Shown: positions 48,794 through 59,155, counted from the stretch's first letter. The stretch is DNA of 64,000 nucleotides from Candidatus Daviesbacteria bacterium (GCA_016187025.1 JACPKM010000001.1:384055-448054), one strand, 5' to 3'. The notes: a model not told the origin generated them from the sequence alone. A program made the numbers and translations.

Positions 48794-50096
48794 GGGCATC
48801 TTAGGATTAAACGCCCGTAACTTCCTTTATATTAGAAAATACAACCTTCCTTCTCCAAAACAGCGGGCAGATAATAAGCTAGAGACAAAAAAGCTACTGA
48901 TTAGGAATAAAATTCCAACTAATAAACTGCTGCAAGTTTTTGACAATAGAGAAAGTATTAAAAACTTTGATTGGAGTTTACCAGAGGAAGGGTTTGCTCT
49001 AAAGCCTGCAAGAGGATATGGGGGAGAGGGAATATTAATTTTTAAAAACTGGAATAACCAAAAAGGGGAAACTATATCGGGGGAGACATTCGATGTTAGA
49101 CAAATAGAATCTCATATCCTTGATATTTTTGAAGGCGCATATTCTCTTCAGTCCCTACCGGATAAGGCCTATATAGAAGAAAAAATTACCCCCCAGCATT
49201 TTTTAAAAAAAATTGATTTAATGGGACTGCCTGATATTAGGATTATCGTTTTTAATAAAGTTCCTGTTATGGCAATGTTAAGACTGCCAACACCGGAATC
49301 AAAAGGAAAAGCTAACCTGCATTTGGGAGCAGTTGGTGTAGGAATAGATCTTCGGACCGGTATTACCAAGGATGCTGTTTACAGAGGGACTTTAATTACT
49401 TTTATTCCCAATACCAAGATTAAAACAAGGGGGATAAAAATTCCTTTTTGGGACCAGATTTTAATGCTTGCTTCTAAGGCTCAATTTGTCAGTAGGTTAG
49501 GACTTGCTGGTGTGGACATTGTGATAGATGAAAACATAGGCCCACTTATATTAGAAATCAATTCCAGGCCTGGGTTATCAATACAAAATGCAAATTTGGC
49601 ATCTCTTAGGTCAAGGTTAGAAAGAGTAGAGCATATTAATATTCCAAGTTTTGAAAGAGCCATTGAGGTGTCAAGGTCGCTTTTTGCAGATGATTTTTCA
49701 GATAAAGTGGATCTTGACCCAAAAGTACTTTCAATTATAGAGCCGATTGTTGTAATAAATGAAGGTAAAAGCAAAATGTATGAAGCAAAACTCGATACAG
49801 GGGCTTTTAGAACTTCCCTTGATAAAGATGTTGTGCAAGAACTCAACCTAGAATATCAAAAGGAGAAAATCTTAATTAAGGCTGCTAGTGGTCAACAAGA
49901 AAGAAGAGTGGTTAAGCTGACATTTAACTTAGCAGGAAAGAAAATTACTACCAACGCAACAGTTGCAGAAAGAGGACACTTAAAATATCCGATTATTGTT
50001 GGCAGAAGAGACTTAAAAGGATTTTTAATTAACCCAGATTTACCCGAAGAAAAAAGCGGAGAAGCAATTGAGGATATTGAAATAAGTACCGAGTAA
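48780..50096 (+). CDS. Alpha-L-glutamate-ligase-like (RimK-related) ATP-grasp fused to a C-terminal aspartic-peptidase-like domain
   Basis: ILGLNARN, KP..G.GG.GI, PDIRIIV, AMLRLPT..S.GKANLH.G, LEINSRPGL.IQ.AN; then AKLDTGA..TS...IVGRR.L. Confidence 0.85.
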   Translation: MSISKGILGLNARNFLYIRKYNLPSPKQRADNKLETKKLLIRNKIPTNKLLQVFDNRESIKNFDWSLPEEGFALKPARGYGGEGILIFKNWNNQKGETISGETFDVRQIESHILDIFEGAYSLQSLPDKAYIEEKITPQHFLKKIDLMGLPDIRIIVFNKVPVMAMLRLPTPESKGKANLHLGAVGVGIDLRTGITKDAVYRGTLITFIPNTKIKTRGIKIPFWDQILMLASKAQFVSRLGLAGVDIVIDENIGPLILEINSRPGLSIQNANLASLRSRLERVEHINIPSFERAIEVSRSLFADDFSDKVDLDPKVLSIIEPIVVINEGKSKMYEAKLDTGAFRTSLDKDVVQELNLEYQKEKILIKAASGQQERRVVKLTFNLAGKKITTNATVAERGHLKYPIIVGRRDLKGFLINPDLPEEKSGEAIEDIEISTE

Positions 50097-50098
50097 TA

Positions 50099-51625
50099 TT
50101 ATTCGACAAATCCTAAAACTGGTTCTGTAAGGTTAGTGTTTGCTCCACTGCAATGGTAATCAAGGGTTTTTTTATCTGGAACTTTGGCAGGTAAAATAAC
50201 CCCCATTGGACCATAGCTTTGAGCGATTTCTTTTTCCGACCAAGAATAAGGGTAAACAATACTATAAACTGGAACATTGTTGGAAGGAGGTGCAAGCTTT
50301 AGGTTATATAAATAGAAAAAATACCGAAAGCCAACATTTTCTCCGGGATAGGTGATATAGTTTATTCCCACACAAGGATAGTTTTTTGCTTTAATATCAT
50401 TTGATATAAACTCAGCCACTGCCTTTCTTTCTTTATATCCTGTATGGATGGGATCTGTTGTAGCGTTAATTTGAAAATTTCTAACGAGTAAGATTACAAA
50501 AAAAGAGATGACCAGGCTTTTGTAAGCTTTTGACAAACCCATGAAGTAAGAAAATAATAAGCTAATTACTGCAATTATTATTACTTCAAAGTTTATAAAA
50601 TAGTATTCAGATATTGGTTTAGAGGATAATGAAAAATAAAGCAGGATTCCCAGGATCCAAGAAAACATAAGAATTGTCTCTTTCATCCGTAGAATCTGCT
50701 TTCTGATTAAAAAGGCAGTAGATAGCCCCACCACCAAAAGAGGAATAAATTTTAAACCACCAGATATTGAATTGGGATAGAAAAATAGATCATTAGTGTT
50801 TTTGGCTATAAACTCAGTAACAATCATAGCTTTATACCAGCCTGTGCTGCCTCCGAGTTCATGTGAAAAGCTTTGTAAAATACTGGAAATCTGCAGGAAA
50901 TTGTTTCTTGTTTCAAATACTAAAAAAGGAATAGAAAAAAATATTAAGCTTGCTAAAGAGTATAGACTTTGTTTAAGGCTTGGAAGCTTTTTTGATACAT
51001 ATATTGCTATTGGGATTGCAATTAAAGCAGGTAAGAGCGCAAGATGAATATGCCAGGTTAGTGCAATAAGTATGCCAAGTATAGGTAACACCCTAAAGTT
51101 TCCTCTTGCCAGCATTATGAGGGTGTATAAATACCAGATAGCCCAAAGCTTGGTTGTGATTGTAGGTACAATCCATCGATCAAACCCTACCGATGATAAA
51201 GAAATTGCATGTATAAATGCGGCAGTTAGCCCTGCAGTTTTGTGAAAAAGCCTACTAAAGCAAAAGTAGTAACTTAAGATAGTAGCTGCCCCAACAATAG
51301 GAGCTAAATAGGCACTGCCTATTGGGTCCATATTAAACAATGTAAATAATGGGACAAGCAGATAATAAAAAAGGGATCCTATGTACACTCCTTCGGCACT
51401 TGTTTGCTGGCCAATTAATCTAATATTTCCGTTAACAATAATATCTTTGGCAATCCAAGAATAAAGATCTGCATCGTGGGCAAATCCAAATAAATCAACT
51501 AAATTATATGTTCTAAATAACACACCTAACAAGGTTATAAAAACAAGCGTGATGAAAGTTTTATAATTGATCAATCTTTTTAGGCACATGTGAAATTCAT
51601 TATACTCTATCGTTATCACTTTCAA
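50099..51625 (-). CDS. GT-C-fold membrane glycosyltransferase (start uncertain)
   Basis: HDADLY....DI......LIGQ.TS..GVYIG..FYY. Confidence 0.75.
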   Translation of the reverse strand: MKVITIEYNEFHMCLKRLINYKTFITLVFITLLGVLFRTYNLVDLFGFAHDADLYSWIAKDIIVNGNIRLIGQQTSAEGVYIGSLFYYLLVPLFTLFNMDPIGSAYLAPIVGAATILSYYFCFSRLFHKTAGLTAAFIHAISLSSVGFDRWIVPTITTKLWAIWYLYTLIMLARGNFRVLPILGILIALTWHIHLALLPALIAIPIAIYVSKKLPSLKQSLYSLASLIFFSIPFLVFETRNNFLQISSILQSFSHELGGSTGWYKAMIVTEFIAKNTNDLFFYPNSISGGLKFIPLLVVGLSTAFLIRKQILRMKETILMFSWILGILLYFSLSSKPISEYYFINFEVIIIAVISLLFSYFMGLSKAYKSLVISFFVILLVRNFQINATTDPIHTGYKERKAVAEFISNDIKAKNYPCVGINYITYPGENVGFRYFFYLYNLKLAPPSNNVPVYSIVYPYSWSEKEIAQSYGPMGVILPAKVPDKKTLDYHCSGANTNLTEPVLGFVE

Positions 51626-51669
51626 CTATTTAAATTATTTTTTGTTCCTGTTAAACTTTTACTAATTCG

Positions 51670-53220
51670 ATGAGTAGAAAGTTAGCCTTTATTATTTTTA
51701 TTGTTTTGGTAATTGGAACCATTTATAGACTTGTTTTAACTTCTAATGGAAACTTCATTTTTAATATGGATAATGCCAGAGATTTGGTTGATGTAAGAGA
51801 GATGGTAGAGCTGAAAAAGCTTAGATTAACAGGCCCGACCTCAGCAATTGAAGGATTTTTCAATGGTCCTGCTTGGTATTATCTTTTGGCAATTCCTTAT
51901 GCTTTAAGTGGTGGTGATCCATATTCAGCAATTGTTATGGAAATTCTACTTTGGGCGGTAGGGGGATACTTTTTGCTAAAGCTTGTCAGTGATTGGGGTA
52001 GATGGATTGTTTTGGTTGTTGGTAGTGTTTGGGTTGCCTCAAATTATATAGTTTTGGCAACAGTATATTCTTTTAACCCAAATCCTGTAACCTTGTTGAC
52101 GCCACTGTTTATTTTTACACTAGTAAAATATATAAAAACAGATAAATTAATCTATGCAATTTCAGTATTTTTACTGGGAGGATTATTTTTTAATTTCGAG
52201 ATGAATTTCGGGATTTTTACCCCATTGATCATATTTTTCTCCCTTTTTGTTTATAAGAAATTTAGTGTATTTAAATCAAGAAATTTCTGGATAGGAAGTC
52301 TATTTTTTGCGACGGCGCTATTGCCACAAGTCCTATTTGATCTAAAGCATGATTTCTTGATGACAAACTCAGTACTGAATTATTTAAGAAATACACCAGC
52401 TGGAAACTACGATATCTTTTCAAGACTACAACTTATTGCTAATACTTTTTTTGGAACATTTATACCAACGCTAATGAATTATAAAACGATTGCCCAAATA
52501 TTAATAATTCTTTTTGTACCAATTATCATAAAATCAATTAAGCTTGGTGAACTGAAAAAAAATCCAGTAGTGCTGGCTAGTGTGCTATATATTTTTATTC
52601 CCTTTGTGGGCTATGTACTTTTACCGGTGACAGTAAACCCTTGGCATTTGGGTGGACCCATGACAGCCTCTTTGATATTAATAGCTTTTGTATTAAGCCG
52701 GGTAAATCAAATAAATTTCGCAGGGAAAATAACAAGCTTTTTATTGGGTTTTACTCTATTGTTTTTCTCATTTAATAATATAGCCAATTACTTTCGCGAA
52801 AGAAGTAAGCCAAATATGGATCCTTCTCTTTTTGCAAATGAGATGAAAGCAATAGATTATGCTTACAAACTTGCAGATGGAAAAAACTTTAAGCTGTATT
52901 CATATCTTCCTTCAGTAATTGATTTCCCTTACCAATACTTAATTTGGTGGCATGGAAGGAAAAGTTATGGTTATCTTCCTTCAGAATATGCTTATTCTCC
53001 AAATATACCCCGATACATTTCAAATAAGCAATTTTTCTCTGCAAACCAAGAAAGTTTAAAACAGAGAGACAACTCAGGTTTGGTGTTTATGGTTAAAGAA
53101 CCAGACCGTATTAAAATGAGACGTGCTTGGGAAGATGACTTTGATCCTTTGAAGTTTATTTCCAAAGAAATGATAGGACCCCTTGAAATAGAGGTCAGGA
53201 AAGAGGAGACTCAACCCTAA
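51670..53220 (+). CDS. GT-C-fold membrane glycosyltransferase
   Basis: DNARD...LTGP.S.I.G.F.GP.WYYLLA. Confidence 0.78.
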   Translation: MSRKLAFIIFIVLVIGTIYRLVLTSNGNFIFNMDNARDLVDVREMVELKKLRLTGPTSAIEGFFNGPAWYYLLAIPYALSGGDPYSAIVMEILLWAVGGYFLLKLVSDWGRWIVLVVGSVWVASNYIVLATVYSFNPNPVTLLTPLFIFTLVKYIKTDKLIYAISVFLLGGLFFNFEMNFGIFTPLIIFFSLFVYKKFSVFKSRNFWIGSLFFATALLPQVLFDLKHDFLMTNSVLNYLRNTPAGNYDIFSRLQLIANTFFGTFIPTLMNYKTIAQILIILFVPIIIKSIKLGELKKNPVVLASVLYIFIPFVGYVLLPVTVNPWHLGGPMTASLILIAFVLSRVNQINFAGKITSFLLGFTLLFFSFNNIANYFRERSKPNMDPSLFANEMKAIDYAYKLADGKNFKLYSYLPSVIDFPYQYLIWWHGRKSYGYLPSEYAYSPNIPRYISNKQFFSANQESLKQRDNSGLVFMVKEPDRIKMRRAWEDDFDPLKFISKEMIGPLEIEVRKEETQP

Positions 53221-53617
53221 TTAACCTTTTATTTGCATCAATTTTTTCAAAGTTTATAAGAATTGTATTTTTCGGTAAAAGGTCCAACCCTTTTTCTGCC
53301 CATTCAATTAAAACCAAATCACTAAAAAAATCCTCCACCCCTAAATTTTTAATAGCTTCTTTGTTGTCTAACCTGTATAAATCAATATGAAAAAGAGTTT
53401 TTTTAGTATCAGGGATTTGATGTTGTCTTATCAAAACAAACGTAGGGGAAATAATTTTTTCCTTAATACCTAAGCCCTCAGCAAAACCTTGGACAAAAGT
53501 TGTTTTGCCCGCACCCAGTTCTCCGGAAAGAGCAATTACTCCTTGCTTATATTTTTTTGCCAATTTCTTGGCTAAGTCTTTTGTTTCTTTTGCAGAGCTT
53601 GTTATATATTCTTCCAT
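53195..53617 (-). CDS. tsaE: tRNA t6A biosynthesis ATPase TsaE
   Basis: GELGAGKTT, SPTF, H.DLYRL, IEW. Confidence 0.95.
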   Translation of the reverse strand: MEEYITSSAKETKDLAKKLAKKYKQGVIALSGELGAGKTTFVQGFAEGLGIKEKIISPTFVLIRQHQIPDTKKTLFHIDLYRLDNKEAIKNLGVEDFFSDLVLIEWAEKGLDLLPKNTILINFEKIDANKRLIRVESPLS

Positions 53618-54750
53618 AGAGGGAATTTTATCTTATCTTTTAGTCTAATGTAAAATCCTATTGCTACCCCTGCAACTATTATCAAAATTCCTAGTAAAGG
53701 AATAGAAGACTTACTTTCTTTTTGATTCATTATTTTTGCTGATGGGTTGGGAGTGGCAGATGTAGTTTCAATGCCGGCAACTGATGCTTGTTTGATCTGG
53801 GAAGAAGCTGAAGCAGATTTTTGGCTTAGTTTTGCTGAAGGGGTATCAGGTGGAGTAGGTATAGTTATTATTGAGGCTGGTGAAGGGATAGGGGATAAGG
53901 TCGGGGTTGGTAAACTAGTTTTGCTTACATTAATATTTACTTCATTGCTCCAAGAAACGCTAGAGTTACCGTCAATATATCTTCCAACTTTAAAGATGTA
54001 GTCCCCAGGTCCTTCAAACCCGGAATCTGTATCATCAGGTTTTACCTCTAGCTCTCCTGTCCAGTTTCCTGAGTTGTTGGTGGTTATAGAAAACTGACTA
54101 TTGTAACCACTGTTATTAGAAACCCAGCTACCTGAAACTTTAGTTAAACCAAAATAGTTACTTCCACCATCTTTTTTAAATGCTCCTTTTAAATAAATTT
54201 TAGCGTTTGGATTATTAGGTAACGACAAGTTAACTAATGGCTTAAATGTTTGGTCTGAAGTTATTTCATTTGGAAGGTTTGTGATATTAAAAACATTTAC
54301 AGCAGAGGTTGAAGAGGGTGTTGGAGTTGGCGTTGATGTCGCAGCCGGAGTAGGTAGGGGTGATGGAGTGGCCGAGGAATTGCTGGTAATTTGATCAACC
54401 AAAATAAAGGACCAGATACTACTCCAGTTGCTCCATGTTCCTCCAGAATCTTTAGCTTTGACTCTCCAAAACCAAGTACCTTGGCTGAGTTTCGGTGAGT
54501 AATATTCATTACTAGTATAGGTGTTTTTATCGGGAACAGAAAATGAAATTTCATTATCTATCTGGATTAAGTATGTATTTCCAGATTTATAAAGAGCATA
54601 GGAAGGCTCTTGCCATTCTAGCTTAGTAGATGTTGTTTGAGACTTATCTTGTGGAGTCAAAAGAGTGGGTGATACTCCAGCTAAAGTATCTGTTGGAAAG
54701 GTAAGGAATAGTAAAAAAACTGTAAATATTAAGAGTGGTTTATTCCACAT
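53602..54750 (-). CDS. Exported protein: FN3/Ig-like domain, P/T linker, beta domain, linker, C-terminal TM
   Basis: Signal peptide; WFWRVKAKD..G.WS.WS; C-terminal TM and basic tail. Confidence 0.75.
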   Translation of the reverse strand: MWNKPLLIFTVFLLFLTFPTDTLAGVSPTLLTPQDKSQTTSTKLEWQEPSYALYKSGNTYLIQIDNEISFSVPDKNTYTSNEYYSPKLSQGTWFWRVKAKDSGGTWSNWSSIWSFILVDQITSNSSATPSPLPTPAATSTPTPTPSSTSAVNVFNITNLPNEITSDQTFKPLVNLSLPNNPNAKIYLKGAFKKDGGSNYFGLTKVSGSWVSNNSGYNSQFSITTNNSGNWTGELEVKPDDTDSGFEGPGDYIFKVGRYIDGNSSVSWSNEVNINVSKTSLPTPTLSPIPSPASIITIPTPPDTPSAKLSQKSASASSQIKQASVAGIETTSATPNPSAKIMNQKESKSSIPLLGILIIVAGVAIGFYIRLKDKIKFPLWKNI

Positions 54751-54774
54751 CTTATCTTTATCATATATCTAAAT

Positions 54775-55938
54775 TTAGAGAATATGCCAATAGAGAGTGA
54801 CAATTCCATTTTCGTGGTCTATAATGACACCTTTGCCGACTGAGGAGCCGCCAGGCACATTGTAGTTACAAGGAGCAGATGTATTATAGGCAATTCCTTT
54901 TTCTGAGGCTAAAATTGCTCTTCCTACCCCTTCATATGATTTAGGTGCAATATCTAAGCCTGTATGAGCAGAGGGAAATCCAAATATTTTATAAACCTCA
55001 CCATATTCTGTTGTAATAGTAGTTTCACCAGGATAACCTCTAATTGGTGCTCCGAATCTTCCACTATCTAAGAGGCTGTGGGGGTTTGTTCTACTGCCAA
55101 CAATTTTTCCATTCTCAACTTTTGCGTTCTCGAAAACTTCAAAATGCAAATGTGGCCCAGTGGAACATCCAGTACTTCCCATGGCAGCAATGACGTCACC
55201 TTTGTTAACCGGTCCTATTTTTGCACCAACATTTGAAATAGCCTGGGATATAGAGCGGATCTCTGCTTCGATTTGTTGAATTAAGGATTGATATCTGACT
55301 TCATCATTTTTTGTAATTTTTAAGAGCTCATCTTTATCGCGCTTTTGCTGGTCAAGCTGGACTTGGTATTGATCAAGCTCCTTACTTAAAGCTTCTGCTT
55401 CTTTTTGTCTTGTTTCTTTATCCTCTTTTTGATCATTATATGCAGCTTTGGTTGCCTGGAGTTGATATAAAACTTTTTTATCATTTGCTTGAGCTATTTG
55501 GATATATCTGATTTTCTGAATCATCTCAGTTAAACCATTTGCAGAGAAAATAAGATCAATTGGAGTAACAGTACTGTATTTATAAGTTTCTACAATTCTT
55601 TTTAATAAAACCTCAGAAATAGCATCAACTGTTGATGATAACCTGCCTATTCTTCCTGATAATTCAGTAATCTCTCTTTTTAGCTTCTCGATGCGTAAAT
55701 CAGTTTCTTCAATTTTTAACTGGGTAACCTGTATCTGCCCATCAATGATTGTAAGTTGTGATTTTAGGGTTTTTTCCTGTTTTTGAGCATCAGAAAGGTG
55801 GACTTTTAGCTTTTCGATCTCTGCTTGTTTTTCTTGTAATTGTTGATTTAAGTCAGTGGCAGTTTGGGCAAAAGCGGGAAAATTTGAAAACAAATATACC
55901 AGCAATATAAAAAAGGTTAGGAAATACTTTCGCATCAT
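54775..55938 (-). CDS. EnvC/PcsB-like coiled-coil protein with a circularly permuted M23 peptidase domain
   Basis: Signal peptide and long coiled coil; GSTGCSTGPHLHFEV precedes HTGLD...LYWH; follows ftsEX. Confidence 0.8.
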   Translation of the reverse strand: MMRKYFLTFFILLVYLFSNFPAFAQTATDLNQQLQEKQAEIEKLKVHLSDAQKQEKTLKSQLTIIDGQIQVTQLKIEETDLRIEKLKREITELSGRIGRLSSTVDAISEVLLKRIVETYKYSTVTPIDLIFSANGLTEMIQKIRYIQIAQANDKKVLYQLQATKAAYNDQKEDKETRQKEAEALSKELDQYQVQLDQQKRDKDELLKITKNDEVRYQSLIQQIEAEIRSISQAISNVGAKIGPVNKGDVIAAMGSTGCSTGPHLHFEVFENAKVENGKIVGSRTNPHSLLDSGRFGAPIRGYPGETTITTEYGEVYKIFGFPSAHTGLDIAPKSYEGVGRAILASEKGIAYNTSAPCNYNVPGGSSVGKGVIIDHENGIVTLYWHIL

Positions 55939-55946
55939 TTATAGGT

Positions 55947-56822
55947 TTATATACGAAGGTAGCGGCGGACCGCCCCCAATGATCCTAATCCGCCAATAAT
56001 TATTGCAATTATTACAGATGAGCCTAGTAGTGCAACCATAAATATAGGGGAAACAGGCAACAGCTTTACCTCGCCCATGTAATTGTTTAAAAGCGGGGTG
56101 AAATACCACAAGAGTGCATAAACAAAGACCCAAGATAAAAATGCACCAAAAAGACCATAAGATATTCCTTCCAGAATAAAGGGTGTTCTAATGAAAGAAG
56201 GGGAAGCTCCTACAAGTCGCATAATTTCTATTTCATTTCTTCTGGTGCGGATCTTAAAGCCAGTAATCAAAACTATTACCAAAGTTGCAAAAATTATCAG
56301 AAATACAACCGTGGCACCACCTACAACCCTTATGACTGTAGTTGCTGAATTTAATGTTGCCACTACATCTTCGGGGACTATCACCTCAGAAACAACAGGC
56401 TCTCTTTTTAATATCTCAGCAATTGGTGCAAGTTCATCAGGATCGGTAGTGGAAACCTCAAGAGATGCAGGTAGAATATTTGCAGTGACAAGCTCCAGAA
56501 GGGTTGGATCGTTTTTATTTCTTTCCCGATAAATTTCTAAAGCTTCTTCTTTGGAAATAAACTTGACACTCATTACTCTGGCATCTTGGGATAAAGCGTT
56601 TTGGATGGCAGTTACATCCTGGGCTGTAGTTCCATCTTTGAAAAAAGAAATTACCTGTGGCTTGCTTTCATAATATCTTAAGACAGCCTGAGATCCTGCA
56701 GCCAAAATCAAAAATATGAGCAGTGCAAAAAAAGTGAAAAACATGATCATTGATGCAGCAAGTGCCTGGAAAGGAGTTCTTCGGATATTTCTTTTGGTAA
56801 ATTTTATATAAGTATTAAGCAT
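55947..56822 (-). CDS. ftsX: Cell-division permease FtsX
   Basis: ISKEEAL, N.LPAS, RRNEIEIMRLVGA..FIR.PF.LEG. Confidence 0.92.
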   Translation of the reverse strand: MLNTYIKFTKRNIRRTPFQALAASMIMFFTFFALLIFLILAAGSQAVLRYYESKPQVISFFKDGTTAQDVTAIQNALSQDARVMSVKFISKEEALEIYRERNKNDPTLLELVTANILPASLEVSTTDPDELAPIAEILKREPVVSEVIVPEDVVATLNSATTVIRVVGGATVVFLIIFATLVIVLITGFKIRTRRNEIEIMRLVGASPSFIRTPFILEGISYGLFGAFLSWVFVYALLWYFTPLLNNYMGEVKLLPVSPIFMVALLGSSVIIAIIIGGLGSLGAVRRYLRI

Positions 56823-56823
56823 T

Positions 56824-57504
56824 TTATATATCGTATTTCCCTTCTTTAGTATCTTTTGTTATTTTACCTTTTTTAAGCACAATGACTCGGCGTTTTAGAG
56901 TGTTAACAATTTCTGCGTTATGAGTGGCCATAAGAACTGTTGTGCCCCATGAATTGATTTCATTAAGAAGTTGTATTACTCCCCAAGCTGTTTGAGGATC
57001 CAGGTCACCAGTTGGTTCATCGGCCAGTAATACTTCTGGTTTTCCTACAATCGCTCTGGCAATGGCTGTTCTTTGGGCTTCTCCACCAGACAGTTGACGG
57101 GGGAAGAGGTTGCGCCTATCCCAAATCTCCACCAACTTAAGTGTTCTTTCAACCTCTTTGGTTATTTCCTCTGATGTTTTTCCTAATACTTCCAATGTTA
57201 AAGCTACGTTTTCGAAAACAGTTAAGTCATCCAGTAATTTAAAATCTTGGAAGACCATGCCGACATTTCTCCTTAAATGAGGAACCTCAGACGTTTTTAT
57301 TTTGATAATGTCTTTATGGTTGACTAATACTTTTCCTGAAGAAGGGGAAACCTCTTTTGTAAGGATTCTCAGAAGGGTTGATTTTCCTGCACCTGAAGAG
57401 CCAACTAGAAATACAAATTCACCCTGTTTAATCTCAACTGAGATGTCATCTAGGGCAGTTGTGCTTGATCCGAATTTCTTAGTGACATTTTCAAATACAA
57501 TCAT
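56824..57504 (-). CDS. ftsE: Cell-division ATPase FtsE
   Basis: GSSGAGKST, VFQDFKLL, LSGGE.QR, ADEPTG.LD, ATHN. Confidence 0.93.
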   Translation of the reverse strand: MIVFENVTKKFGSSTTALDDISVEIKQGEFVFLVGSSGAGKSTLLRILTKEVSPSSGKVLVNHKDIIKIKTSEVPHLRRNVGMVFQDFKLLDDLTVFENVALTLEVLGKTSEEITKEVERTLKLVEIWDRRNLFPRQLSGGEAQRTAIARAIVGKPEVLLADEPTGDLDPQTAWGVIQLLNEINSWGTTVLMATHNAEIVNTLKRRVIVLKKGKITKDTKEGKYDI

Positions 57505-57579
57505 AGTTCAGCTATCTAAAATATATAGTTTCAAGCAGGATTTAAATGTCTGATAGCTGAGAAAGCTAGATACTGTCTA

Positions 57580-58041
57580 CTAGTTTAGTTCTTCAACGCG
57601 GCCTACATCCATCAACCAACCTGCCTTGATAGCTTTTTGTGTTTCCCCAAAAACTTTAACTTTTTTGTTTTCATATTGGGATAAATCTACAACAGATGAT
57701 GTTAAGGTTACAGGTAATGCGCCTTCCCTTTCTAGTAGATGTGTGCCTTCAGAGTATTCTTGGTTGTTTTTTGGTTCTGGCTTTTTCTTAATTGTTCCTT
57801 CTGCAAAATCTCTAAAGGTTTTTTTGTCTTGTTCTGGGTTTTTGGGAGTTTTGGCAATGCTATCAGCTAAATTACCATTTGAAGGTGATTTTGTGGCCAA
57901 AACATAGCCGGTGGAAACTCCCAGAAGAATACTAATTCCTATGGCAGCAATCAAGATCTTATTTAGGTTAGAAGTTGCCATAAAAGGCTTTATTAATTTG
58001 CTTTTTTCTTTTTTTTCAGAAGAGACAGGAGTTTCGTCCAT
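57580..58041 (-). CDS. Single-TM protein with a small C-terminal OB-fold-like domain
   Basis: TM, then D.AEG...GTHLL.R.....LTSSVVDL......KV.G. Confidence 0.65.
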   Translation of the reverse strand: MDETPVSSEKKEKSKLIKPFMATSNLNKILIAAIGISILLGVSTGYVLATKSPSNGNLADSIAKTPKNPEQDKKTFRDFAEGTIKKKPEPKNNQEYSEGTHLLEREGALPVTLTSSVVDLSQYENKKVKVFGETQKAIKAGWLMDVGRVEELN

Positions 58042-58084
58042 AAAATTATAATATCAGTAACTACTAGGATTTGTCCAGTAGAAA

Positions 58085-59155
58085 TTAAAGTTGTCTTACT
58101 TCAGACTCCAAAAACTCATCCAATTCTCCGTCTAATACAGACTCTGTATCAGAGGTTTCTGTTTGAGTCCTTAGATCTTTTATCAAATGATATGGATGCA
58201 GTACATATGATCTAATTTGGGTTCCCCATGAAGCTTGCGTTACTCCTCCTTTTAACTTACTCATAGTCTGCTTGTTTTCCTCTTGTTGTTTGTCCCATAA
58301 CTTGGCCCTTAACAGCTTGAAGGCATTTTCTCTGTTTTGTAGCTGTGACCTTTCTGTCTGGGCAGTCACCACAATGCCTGTAGGCAGATGTTTAAGTCTG
58401 ACAGCAGTATTTACTTTATTTACATTTTGTCCTCCTGCTCCACCTGATCTAAAGGCTTCAAACTCAATGTCCTCCTCACTTATTTTTACTTCCTCAGGAT
58501 TATCTATTACTGGTAAGATTTCCACCAGAGCAAAGGAGGTTTGCCTCAGATTGTCGGCATTGAAAGGGGATTGTCTGACTAACCTATGTGTACCTCTCTC
58601 CCCCTTTAAGTAACCATAAGAGTAAGGCTCATGGATAATCATTGAAACAGTTTTAATGCCTGCTTCCTCGCCTAAATCTTGATCAGTGATTTCATACTCC
58701 CAACCCTTTTTTTCAAAATATCTTTGATACATTCTTACAAGCATTGCTGCCCAGTCCATAGCCTCCACTCCACCTGTTCCCGAGTGCACTGAAAGGATTG
58801 CTTCTGATTCATCATGGGGATCTGATAAAAATAATTTAAGTTCAAAACCATCTAAGGTTTTAGTAATTTCTCTGATCTCTGTTTTTAGGTCCTCTTGCAT
58901 ACTTTCTTCATCTGAGATTTCTATTGCATTTTTTAATCTTTGTTCTAGATTTTGTAGTGTAGATAATTGTTTTTGTTTTAAGGAAAGTTGTTTTGCGACT
59001 CTTTTGGCATTTTCTTGATCGGACCAAAAACCCTCCTTTAAAGTTTGGGCCTCCAGCTCCCTGATCTCTCCACGCAGTTTTTCCCGATCAAGCTGATCAG
59101 ATATTTTTTGAAACCTGTCTTTTAAATCTTTTAGTTTGGATTGGATCTCTTCCAC
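58085..59155 (-). CDS. prfB: Peptide chain release factor 2, encoded without a programmed frameshift
   Basis: SPF recognition tripeptide, [19 protein letters not shown]; continuous ORF. Confidence 0.95.
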   Translation of the reverse strand: MEEIQSKLKDLKDRFQKISDQLDREKLRGEIRELEAQTLKEGFWSDQENAKRVAKQLSLKQKQLSTLQNLEQRLKNAIEISDEESMQEDLKTEIREITKTLDGFELKLFLSDPHDESEAILSVHSGTGGVEAMDWAAMLVRMYQRYFEKKGWEYEITDQDLGEEAGIKTVSMIIHEPYSYGYLKGERGTHRLVRQSPFNADNLRQTSFALVEILPVIDNPEEVKISEEDIEFEAFRSGGAGGQNVNKVNTAVRLKHLPTGIVVTAQTERSQLQNRENAFKLLRAKLWDKQQEENKQTMSKLKGGVTQASWGTQIRSYVLHPYHLIKDLRTQTETSDTESVLDGELDEFLESEVRQL

